From Marsupella aquatica (taxonomy: Eukaryota; Plantae; Marchantiophyta): 64,000 bases of DNA. The DNA is taken from NCBI GenBank assembly GCA_973895155.1, contig OZ316894.1, positions 372,001 to 436,000 on the forward strand, given 5' to 3'. The notes under the pieces were generated by a model. The model ran no database searches. It was not told the origin of the DNA and was given only the letters and a program-made list of their open reading frames with translations. A program made the translations under genes and the position numbers. Within the stretch, counting starts at the first letter, position 1; the number at the start of each line of letters is the position of its first letter. This document shows, piece by piece, positions 24,601 to 35,300 of the stretch.

Positions 24601-25412
24601 TTTTGGGGTTCTTGTCCACATCTCATTATTTCGAAACTTGTTGTCTTTCCACCACGGACAAGCATTATTTCGACACTACAGCGATCCCGTACACTGGACT
24701 TTCCCGAAATCCACATTTTTTTCGGAAGAACATTTGAAGACGTTTTCACAATCCGAGTCCAATAATAACAATCCTTACCACGATCCATATCTTTCAAACG
24801 TTCACCTTTTGCGTTCACACAGTCTATCGGGGGTAACTCAAAAACCACATTCCCATTGTAAGATGTGGGAAGACTAGGCACTACGTGATGAACAAAATCA
24901 CTCCCCCTTATAAACCGAGACAATTCACTATGACCTTTGGATTTCAAGATTGTATCCATTGCACTCTGCCGGTACACATTCAAAGGCCCAATCTTTTCTC
25001 GATCCACATTAGACTCCTTTTTAACCGCGGATGGGTAAAGTGGAATCTTCTCTCTGAGAGTAGTCGTTAGTTGCTTATCATCTCCAGAACTTTCTGAGAG
25101 TTCGATGACATTGAGTTCAGCCGCTGTGGGAGGACGAGTATAGGAGGCCCCAGAATCTCTCAAAACAAAAACCTCATATTCTTTCTGAGCCTCCAGAGCC
25201 CAATATCTTTGACCATGAACAACATCGTAGAAAACTGGAGTCTCCCCCAAACAAACCGACACTAACGAGATCGCTAAAATAGATTCCTTGGGGACATCAA
25301 ATCTCACTCCCAAATATTCCTCTGAAACACGCTTTGATTCAGATGATTCGAGGACGGGAATTGTGATTACATCCCGAGTGTCCTTCCTCGTGACAACGAT
25401 ATTTTGAGCCAT
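21601..25412 (-). pseudogene. MULE transposase (Cys/His DNA-binding region, DDE core, C-terminal SWIM finger), mildly disrupted
   Basis: Cys/His region CHHC..C..CPA..HMGFHNH; DDE-like residues SFDVMH, FMADNA, DAFH and ESRH; SWIM finger CSCKDF..PCKHVYW. GT-AG intron at about 23127-23412. One in-frame TGA at 23626-23628 and frameshifts near 24600 and 22960. Confidence 0.82.
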
Positions 25413-25587
25413 GGCCTCAAAAGAGGGACATGCATTTGCCCCGCGCGAAATGAAATATGTTTATCATGAGATTCGAGTACGAGAAGTAAACGTTCCATTC
25501 TCATTATAGAGTCGTTATAGATTTGGACGCACTCCATCAATGACGTTTTGTCATCTTACCAACGGCAGGATTCGGGTTCATAGTTAC

Positions 25588-25735
25588 TAGCGCCTGGCGC
25601 TACCTCTAAGTGTAAAACACTCTTGGATGAGGACTACGAATGCCAATAATAATAGCGCCTGGCGCTACCTCTGGGTGCAAACATTCTTGGGTGAGGAGTA
25701 CGAATGCCAATAATAATAGCGCCTGGCGCTACCTA
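25588..25735. repeat. ~64-65 bp tandem repeat (2.3 units), each unit carrying the palindrome, upstream of the transposase
   Basis: The unit TAGCGCCTGGCGCTACCTCT..TCTTGG.TGAGGA.TACGAATGCCAATAATAA is repeated. Confidence 0.9.
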
Positions 25736-28700
25736 TTTCAATGGACTTGAAAACATTCAATTGAAGGATCAGTACAATAACACGATATAGTACGTGTCAT
25801 TAAGTTGGCACGCTTGAAGATCTTCACTGGATCTTTGCGAATCCGATCCGCCCGGGTCCAAATGTGTCAGAGAGGAAGCGTCCATGAAAGTTATATCAGA
25901 GGGGCCTCTTCGAAGTGGGTACCCAGGACCAAGTGCGAACTCTCCTTATATCTAGTCGTTCCCCTCGGATGTCCTCATTGTCAAGCCATTCTTCACTGAG
26001 TCGCAGTTGTGGCTCATCTTTCGGGCGCGTGGTTCCCGTTCTCGCTTTCGGGTCCAGTTGTTCTTTTTGGCTTTCCTGCGCGTTCTTGTTCTCCTTCTCG
26101 TTGTCGTTTCTCATTCTCGTCCTAGTTCACGCTGTTGTCCTCCTTCACGTTCTCGTTCGCTCTTCTTGTTCTCGTCCTCGTCCTCACTTTCAATGGCACC
26201 TCCATGAGGGAAGGCAAAGGATGAGGCACTTGTCCCGAGCGACACCGACAGGGAGACCCCCGCATCAAATAGCTTACCGCCTCGGCCGAATGCCGAGAGG
26301 ACGACGGTTCCAATATCGAAGAAGGGGAAACTCATCTCAAAGACAAAGAATGTCCCAACTGTGGGTCGCAGCGAAGGATCCAATCGGCCAAAATAATGCG
26401 AGCGGCCCGACTTCTGTTCCCTCTAGGGATATCGCCATTGCTTCAGTCGGCCGTCCAAGAGCCGACACTATGTGCACGAGAGTCTCCGTATCTTCTTCAT
26501 CTACTGAGAGTGATCGTTCTTCGAGCGGGGACTCATCACCGAGCAGGCAAGGATTTGCGTGGTATGGATCGAGCGACTCGAATGACGACTCCGATGCGTA
26601 CAAGCCAAGTTGGTGGGAAGACTGATTTCCCGTTGTCAGGGCGTATCGTTTGAGTGTTGGAGAGACTTGGAGGATCCATCAAGGTTGATAGGATCTGTTT
26701 CCACTCGTTTTTACTTATAGAAAACCCATACCGTTCCTTCCTCGTATGCCGGATTTCTAGTGTAATGTAACATTTTGTATTCGAATGGCACAGCCGTTCG
26801 TTTTTACCTCGGTGTCATTGCTTTTGAATTCAGAAGACCAAGCTTTAATTTTCGGTTCTGCTCCCGTGTTTGCATTGTATTTCTGAATGCGAACTTGATC
26901 TATTTCTTTGAAATGGCCGTAAAGACTCGCTTGCTGTCAATGTTTTGACTAGCGTCGGGCGCTATTATGAGAAACAAAGTGTCCGTAACACTGTCGTGAC
27001 AAGTCTTATCTCTAAAGTGTTTTTGATAGCGTTGGTCGCTATTAATGAAAGGAATTACAAGTCAGGAGTTATTTTACTTTTATTTCAACAAATTCTGTTT
27101 AATTGATGTGAATGTTAATAGCGCCAGGCGCTATTGTAATTCATTGGAATATTCGTTGAATGAATGGGTTCATGTTGTCATGTTTGTTGTCATTGGACTC
27201 GGATTTCGTCATTTATTTGAATACTAGCGCCGAGCGCTAATAAAGTTGGTTTGTCTATACCTGCATAAAATTGGAAAATTTATAGACAATTGTGTTGATA
27301 TTACTGCCCGTAGCTACATTTGAAAGTATGTTGTATAATAGCGCCTGGCGCTATCCAGAACCACCGACACTGATGTGGTTCCAACGGTCACTTTCCAACG
27401 GTAATATTATAGTAGATTGAGGTTCACGGAACCCTTTTTGCTTTTGTCTGGGATGAAAGTCCAATCGGAGAATGCCATCTGTACTTGGGACCGTTGGAAT
27501 CGAATGGCTGGTTCTATTGTATCGGTGTTTAATACGAGGTGGAGATCCTTCGTTTGGGATAATTTAGTCCGTCTACGCGCTCAGACCTCGGACTATACGA
27601 GTTTGTCAAGTGCGTATGTGCGTCCTTTATTGGTCACGTACATTTTGAGACGTGATCGTCACAAGAACTGCACGGCGCGTACGACAGTGCCGGGTGGTCG
27701 AGTCGCTCTCCACGGCAACTTTTGGCTGGGTGATACGAGAATGGGGGAGGCTGATGGTGGTCATTCTGAGTCCTCTCAGTCTTCGTTCGCTGGTTCAGTA
27801 TACACCCATCGTGTCACTCGATCGACTGCGTCCCTATCGACTTTTGAAGCTGAATCTGCACAGCCCTTCCCGAGGTTAAGGAGAGGGAGAATGGACCCTA
27901 AGGAGGTCTCCATGGGTGAAGTCAATGACATAGGCTTATCGATGGACGAGGTAATATCAAAGCACGCGTTGTCGTTCGGGAAGGATTTTCGAGGAATCGA
28001 TAAGGAGCCACCTCGAATTCCTCTTTGTAGATTGCTCCCCATGGAGGTTGTTCGAACATTACAGAAAGAAAGTGCATCGATCGAGAAGTTGAAGGAATCA
28101 TTCCGTGTCACCGGGTACAACTCGCGCATTGGGATGCCTTTCTACGTTCAGCCTGTGAATGCCGACGGGGTTTCGCAGATATGCACCACCGAGATCCGGG
28201 ACTCTTGGGATCCAATCTGGGTCGCAGAGAATAACAAGTTTGAGGAAGAGTGTGATGCGGACCCAGCGTTCCATATTCTAAAAGATAAAATGTTTTGTGT
28301 GTTTGACGGAAATCATCGATTGTACTCGTGGTCAATCGTCACGAGGGAGAATCCGGACAACTTGAAGTATCATCCTCGTGTGATTTGCGTCATTTTCAAT
28401 GGTGACAGAGGTTCGCTAGTTGAGCTCGAGGCGTCAATGCACACCGTGAACCAGTAAGTTCTATTCGTTAACTGTTGTTACCCCTGTCATTCATTTTTGA
28501 CCAAACATGCTTTGCGAAAGTGTTCATTCCCCAATTTTTGCTAGCGCCCGGCGCTACTAATTCCTTTTCATTACATCCAGGCTTGGACAAGCAGTCGTCG
28601 AGCCTTCCTGGATTCTTGACGCGAACAAAATTTCCCAAATTCTGTCGCGTGATCTTGATCACTATAAGCCACTCATCGACAGCGCGAACATGGCAAAGTT

Positions 28701-29858
28701 TGAGGCGATCCGAAAGAAGATGAGAAAGGGTCTTGGTTTACACATAAAATGCCACAGGATGCTCTCATCTACATTCTGTGTGTGGACAAAATCAAGTCTT
28801 ACTCAAATCAATTTAAGTCTGATATGGCTTTAGCCAAAGCTCAAGGGACTCCTTGGTCAGAAGAGGAGACCACAAAGAGGCATGAGGCAATGATGAAGGA
28901 GGCGACCAAAGATTGGTCGATCAAAGTGACGAAGATCACCCCTTTACTTCATCCGGATTTTGGAGATTATTTGGGAACCTGTGCTGAGATGTATCCCGTA
29001 ACTGAGAAGAACAAACGGGAGAAGAAGCCAGACACAGTTGTATGCACAATGGATCGAGCCAGGTTGTTTACTGCTGTTTCATACCTGGATCCAAAATTGA
29101 GGTGCACCCTTCTAGTAGCCCACTGCACTCCCGAGATTCGGAAACAGTTTTTCCATCCTGCAAGTGTCAACGACGAGCCTGTGAAGTAGTGGTGCCATAC
29201 ATGGCATACTTGGAATTCTGTGGAGGGAATTGCAACTGGAATGCTTCACACTTCCTTCAAACAGATTTCTGACCGGATGCCGGCTGACCGTCTCACAAAG
29301 TCTGGGTGTGAGTCAATGGAGGCCGTGCTTAAGATCATTCTCGATGAATTCAGAAACTTTGGGGATCTTGTCAAGGCAAAATTCTTCAACAACTTGTGGT
29401 CTTCCAAATATGCGGACAAGGAAGATTACACAACGGAACCGGAAGAGAGCCAAACGATATCTATACCGGTTTTACATGTGGATGGAGCTTAGATCTCCTG
29501 ACACTCTGTGGGCATACCCGGCTGCATTTCAGAAATGGGTGTGGATATACAGTAAACTTGAAAAGCTAAGATTAAGTGCAAATTTTTAAATTTTCTGGTC
29601 GCTAAAGTTAGAGTTCACTTAAACTTACATTTTTTACGCCTTTTAGTAAGATACGATCTTACAATCTTACGATCTTACGAGTTACGAACTTACGCGGTAC
29701 TAGAAGATTACGCCGTTGCAAGACTAACAGGCGGAAAGTACACTATGAGCCGCATCGCGTGAAATCTTACGACCAGAGCGAATCACTCTCTGCATGACTA
29801 TTTCCGACGCTTACAAGCATCGCTCCGCTTCATCTGATCAACATCCACCTCAAGATTT

Positions 29859-31343
29859 GTGAACCCGAGAGCTATGGCAACATTCGATTGTGATGAGGAA
29901 TACCTCATTGATTCTGTGGCAATTCCAAAAGCGCTCGTCATCAGGCTCCCCAGGACCAAAGAGAGCTATGAATCATTACGCCAATCCTTGAGAGAGCTTG
30001 GACTGGAGAAATTATTACGACTACCATGGACTTCAGAGTTGGACACCTACCTGGAAGATTTTGTCAGAGGATCAATTGTCGCCTCACCTTCACCTACTTC
30101 TATTCGAGGACGGCCCAGCAAATGGACCATAGATCACTTCGCGTATGCTTTTGGATGTTCTGCTGACGGAGAAGCGCTACTTTCGCCCAAGGATGATACA
30201 TCAACTCCATACTTTTCAGGTACCCGGAATAAGAGAAATGGCTGGAATGTGAGTCAATGCAATCATTTGGAGCTAAGAATTCTTTTGGAATTTTTGGTTC
30301 CTATTTTTCATCCCAAGAAACCAACTGTTTGCTCCATTTCTCTGGCCAATACCATCATCGCTGCGCACAGTGGTAGAGTAAAGGTCAATTGGGCTTTGGT
30401 ATTTTTCAATGTTGTGAGGGATCAACTTCGGACATTAAGGGCGAATCAATCAACTCCACTGCAAAACTATCTAGCCCAGCTATACTCCGCTTTTGATTGC
30501 TCACTTCCTGAGGAGGTGATGGAGAGAGATTATCTTATGGAAGAAATCTCCAAGTTGTGGGAACAAGATGAAATTATGCCTACTACAGCAGAAGAGGCAA
30601 ACGTCATATCGCCAGCTTCTCCGGGCAGCCGGGCAAGTCTTCACAATTCAAGTCCTTCAGATGAGGTACCCATGGACCTAGAAGCACTTACTACAGATGC
30701 TGAGATGATAGACTACTCAAGGATCCCCTCACCACCCCCTTCCACAGGAATTGGGAAGTTTCCTATTCGACTTGCACAGGACGACTCCAATCAGACCCTG
30801 ATCAGTAAGGTGTGTGCTTTGCTCAACTGTGACTTTCATTCACTGTACGAGACCATTGAGCAATTGCGCCATGACGCAGTGACACAGGTTCCTCCTTCTG
30901 CACTTTCATCTCCGGATCATGAGAATTCGCCATCATCTTCACCTCCAGCAGAAATTCAGCTCTCCCCAGAGGAACTTTTTGCTGTTAAGACTAGGGCTCA
31001 AATCTCAGTTCCATCCCCTATGGACTTGAAGGAGACCTCACCTACAAATTCAGAGCCTCCTCCCTGCTCATCTGTAGAACATCACTCCTGCCTTAAGATT
31101 GTCCATGAGTTAACTACTATGTTAGGCTGCCGTTCAGAAGAAGTCACCTCCATAGTCGATGAATTTCTTGATAGACCTGAACCTTCACGCTCCCCACTGC
31201 CATCCTCTCAGTTTCCCTATAGTCCTGATTCAAATTATGAGCCTACTGATAGTCTACCTCATAAATCTTTGCACCCCACACAACACTTCTCTCAGCAAGG
31301 ATTTCCCTTTTCTGAAGATTCTGATCCTCCATCCACACCCTAA
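29859..31343 (+). CDS. 494-aa ORF within LTR C; N-terminal region resembles gypsy accessory (Athila ORF/plant-mobile-domain-like) proteins
   Basis: GLEKLLRLPW..LEDFV..SIRG..WTIDHFAYAFG..RNGW..EFL..NWA aligns by eye with the family A (FEHLASLPW..EFV..LRG..LT..IFGLP..NGF) and family B (GLEAFVRLPW..EFV..YG..LT..VFGLP..KNGF) ORFs. Confidence 0.75.
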   Translation: MNPRAMATFDCDEEYLIDSVAIPKALVIRLPRTKESYESLRQSLRELGLEKLLRLPWTSELDTYLEDFVRGSIVASPSPTSIRGRPSKWTIDHFAYAFGCSADGEALLSPKDDTSTPYFSGTRNKRNGWNVSQCNHLELRILLEFLVPIFHPKKPTVCSISLANTIIAAHSGRVKVNWALVFFNVVRDQLRTLRANQSTPLQNYLAQLYSAFDCSLPEEVMERDYLMEEISKLWEQDEIMPTTAEEANVISPASPGSRASLHNSSPSDEVPMDLEALTTDAEMIDYSRIPSPPPSTGIGKFPIRLAQDDSNQTLISKVCALLNCDFHSLYETIEQLRHDAVTQVPPSALSSPDHENSPSSSPPAEIQLSPEELFAVKTRAQISVPSPMDLKETSPTNSEPPPCSSVEHHSCLKIVHELTTMLGCRSEEVTSIVDEFLDRPEPSRSPLPSSQFPYSPDSNYEPTDSLPHKSLHPTQHFSQQGFPFSEDSDPPSTP

Positions 31344-31368
31344 ACCCTAAACCCTAAACCCTAAACCC
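31338..31368 (+). repeat. (CCCTAAA)4 plant telomere-type repeat
   Basis: Four exact units; they supply the TAA stop of the 494-aa ORF. Confidence 0.9.
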
Positions 31369-31619
31369 TTCACTTCTCTCCCTATGATATTCCAGTCTGT
31401 GACTCACCAGATCAGGGATTCGAAGGAGTTAATGCAGCCTTGCGATCCAACCCCAACCTTGTTGCAGTTGTCACTTCTTCTACCCAGACTCCTAGAAACG
31501 CTATCATCTATAAAATGGAGCCTAGAACACCAGAGCAACAAGTCCAGAAGTATGTCACCACTTGTAAGGTTATGCATGCCAATACACCGCCTATAAGTGA
31601 GTTCTAGAGGTTTTATTAT

Positions 31620-32312
31620 TTGAAGAAAGCAGAGGCTAGCTACATTTTTGATCTCAGGATGATTGGTACCTCTCGCGTGGAGTTGGCTCAGTTTGATGAG
31701 TACTGGACAGATTCAGTCTACTTCCGACCTATACTGGCCGTTATGTTTCTACAAGGTGATGTTGAAGTTGATGACCCGGATTTAATCTTGGCCTATTTGG
31801 GAAATATAGCCGCTTATGCTTTAGATTTCTTACTGATTTTTCTAAAACAGAGCAACAAGTCTACTACCCCTGATCACTCATATATTCCCACTGGACCCAA
31901 GGTTATCCTTACTTCAACCACTTCTTATGAAGACAAGCAGCGAGTATGGAACAACATCAGCACGCAGCAGCTAACAAACTACACTCGCTACTTCCGGGAT
32001 GTGCAGTGGAAATTACGATCCTCCTACAACAAGATGCTGAGTACAGAGATGTTCTTACAATTCTACCCATCTGTCTACGCCAACTCGTGCAATTGTTTAG
32101 ATGTCATAGGCATCTTACGGGAAGCAATCAGAATCAACCAGTGCTTTTTGGAGAAAAGGATGCCACTTATGTATTGGGGAAGACAGATGAGATGTCTACC
32201 TTACATCCGGGATCAACCTCACTGTGATGAAGTAAGGGAAGCTATCCGGACGCGCACTATTTGGAAAGTAGAAATTAGAGAACCAGAGGATATTCGACAA
32301 CCAAAAGATTGA
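31620..32312 (+). CDS. 230-aa ORF or downstream exon within LTR C, function unknown
   Basis: Open frame with globular-looking composition. A possible intron GTGAGT(31598)..CTCAG(31657) precedes it. Confidence 0.55.
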   Translation: MKKAEASYIFDLRMIGTSRVELAQFDEYWTDSVYFRPILAVMFLQGDVEVDDPDLILAYLGNIAAYALDFLLIFLKQSNKSTTPDHSYIPTGPKVILTSTTSYEDKQRVWNNISTQQLTNYTRYFRDVQWKLRSSYNKMLSTEMFLQFYPSVYANSCNCLDVIGILREAIRINQCFLEKRMPLMYWGRQMRCLPYIRDQPHCDEVREAIRTRTIWKVEIREPEDIRQPKD

Positions 32313-35300
32313 AGCAGACCTGCAATTTTGTTAAGTGTCAGAGGCAGTTTCAGTTACTGTACCCCGCTCGATTTTATTAGACATGTTTTAAGATTCCAAA
32401 ACTCATCAAGTCTTTTTCAGTAGACAGCTTATACATAGGAAAACACATTGGCAAAGTCTCAATCACTTTGGATTGTAGTTAGAAAGTTAGAAATACTTTA
32501 GTTTGCTGAGTTTTCTATATCGTTAAGTTCCCGCGACTACGACTTTACGATCTTACGATCTTATGATCTTACGAACCTACGCTTTTACGAATTACGATCT
32601 TACGATACTACGGTAAACTTAACTTAGTTAGTTTTAGACCTTTTCATACTTAGTTTTCATTTTTGACTTCTTGAGGGTTTTGAAGGGTCATGACTCTTCA
32701 ACCCCCAAGGGTTTTTCCTCGATGTTTTTCACTATAAGTACCTTCCACTTCTAATAAGCAGCAGTAAGTAAGTCAGACATGACTTGTCGCCCCTTGGTGT
32801 TGTCCTTGTGATTTTGGACTTTTTGAATTCAGAGCAGGCATCCTAGGAGGGACTTACCTCCTTCTTGTATTTTGGAACCCAAATACTTGAAGTAAAACCT
32901 CAGTTATGAATCTCGTGAATTATAATGTCAGATTCCGCTTTGGTGACACATTGTAATCTCACAAGTTCTTAGAGTTAACCCATTGAGTTTAAGTTGCATT
33001 GGAAATGATGTTTTCACCTTCATGTTGCTTAGTACCATCTAAATGCTGAAGTATTTATCCTTTTAGATCTTGACTAAGTATCACTTAGGAAGAAAGGTCA
33101 AGACATGTTGCCGGCATTTTAAAAGGATACTCTAGTATGCAGTTTAGATCTGAAAAGCCGTGTGGATTTGAATTCCCTTAAAGTCATTCCATTATTGCTT
33201 ATGTCTAAGGAGTAACCTTGGTATATTCCAAACTCCCTTAAGCATACTCTAAGAGATTTTTCCTTGTGTTTTGTTAATTGCAACCTTTTGCTTAATTGAT
33301 GGTTATATGATGTTGAGTTATCATCAAAAACTGCTCACCGCTGTGGAGCGATCTTCAAAGTACCTAATTAAAGTAGTCAAGATTGATTACTATGTGTGAC
33401 ACAACAGCTTAAAGCTTTATTTTTAGTTTATTACATCAAACCAACCCAATCTTGTTCTTAACGGGAACGAATACCGAGTTTAGATACGTAAAAGAGTTCT
33501 TTTGGTTCTCTATAGCAAACTACAATGGGTGTCTATCGAAGAGGGAGACGCTCTTGCCAACCTTTATTCGATGTACCCAACGGAGGGAAAGTTTCCACCA
33601 CGTTCATTGTCGGAGTGGGAGAGACTTCACTGTCCCTGGTACCTGGACATAGACAAATGGGATTTACCGTTCGACGAAGCTGAGAAGGATGCCTTCATGA
33701 AGTTGCAGAAGTCCCAGATCCCTGCCAACTATGTGTCTGCAATGAAGCAAGGTCTCCAGTCTGATGTTGACGAATCTGCATCTGAGTTACAAAAGAATTG
33801 TGAGTCTCTTGTCATGCACGTTGACCGAAGCCATAAGCCAAGAGCAAAGGCGAAGAATGAGTCAGCTCACCAAGTGACTCCACAAGGTCCTTCAAGAAAA
33901 GTGAGTAGTCTAAGCGCTTTTTGGTTACTTGTTGGCGCTGCTTATGCAGGAGTTTCATTAGGAAATTCCTTTGATTAATAGCGCCTGGCGCTAGTCTGAA
34001 AGGTTGGACTCATTCAAGTTTCTGTGCCTAATAGGAGGTTGAAAGTCCGACACGGAGGTCCCGGCTGCCGAAGGGAAGAATGATGCAACTCCTCAGGCAT
34101 CGGAGGCAAACACTGGAGCTCAAGAAACCCCGGATCAAGGGACCCCGGATGGTGCTGGAAAATCCATTGTCCCTCTTGACGCAACTAGCACGAAGAAAAA
34201 GAAAAAGAGAGGCGCCGGTGAGGATAGAGCAGCATCATCTACTCGAGACGTTATTTCCTGTGGACTCCAGAGAGATGTCGGGAATTTTAAGTGAAGGTGT
34301 TCTAGACACTGTTTTGTGGAGTCCAATTTAAACAAATTTTACGATTCGGTATTTAACAAGGGGATTAAGCCCATGTGGGTTACTAAAGTTGAGGCCTGGG
34401 GAAAGGAATTGGTAAAGTCAGGAGACAGAGAGAAGGGAGTAATGCATGGCGGAAAAGAGAGGGGCTTTGGTGTGGATGCTGGTTTCATCTATATTCCCAC
34501 TGGATTAAAACCAACACTTCTTGATCGGAAGGTTCCCAAGTGGAACCTTCAGGATTACACTATTCCCAGCTCTTTCTTCCAAGCCATGGAGCCATTCCTT
34601 GCAGACGATGGCCTACTTGCAATTTTACACAGAGGAGACTATGATCAGGTATCTGAAGTGATTGCGGCTTGCCAGGATTCTAAGTGTTTCCAGTGTATTT
34701 CAACCCACCATGTGGTCATGACTACACCAATGTATAGGCCCCGATCTGATACTCAAGTAACAATTCCTCTTGCACATACTAGCGCCCGACGCTACTATCA
34801 GCATTCGCAATATCTACAATTCACTTATCTTTTGTAAGGATGAATGGTTTACTAGCGCCAAGCGCTAATATATGTGTCTGTTTTCTTATACTGCCTTCAT
34901 TGTGAAACTGTGTTGCAGATATTCACACTTACTCTTAATATATTTTGCCGCATTTCGACAAAGGGAAGGGTCCCAAAAGACCCCAAGTTCCGGCCACTAT
35001 CGAATGAAGAAGACCCTTCTGTCACTAACATTATTGGGTTTTCGTTGCCGCGACATGACCCGACTCCTGAGCTCCAATTTGCAGGAAATTCACGCTTGCC
35101 TGTGGGTTTCATGCAAACTATTTTGGAATTGGTGACTCTTCCTGGAGATATCGTTATGGACTGGACAGTAGGTTCCGGTAGTACGTTTGTGGCTGGAGAT
35201 TATTCTGGTCGCTTTGTTGTTGGGCTGGAAAATCGGCCAGAGTTTGTAGATACTTCCGGTAAGGTCTTCCTTGATCTTGATCTCCTAAGAAGATTCCTGG

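Larger units (their letters stand above)
29540..33524 (+). mobile_element. 3985-bp solo-LTR-like insertion, family C
   Basis: TGTGG...CTACA ends with 5-bp TSD ATGGG (29535-29539 and 33525-33529). Removal restores YPAAFQKWVSIEEGD. No internal LTR pair, gag or pol. Confidence 0.85.

Noticed and set aside
25588-25735. Palindromic repeats at regular spacing resembling a CRISPR array
   Set aside because: The spacers are near-identical copies, there are only three repeats, no cas genes are present and the context is eukaryotic.
27417-27740. N-terminal extension of the 346-aa ORF from a TTG start
   Set aside because: It has no counterpart in the paralog at 36756. ATG 27741 fits better.
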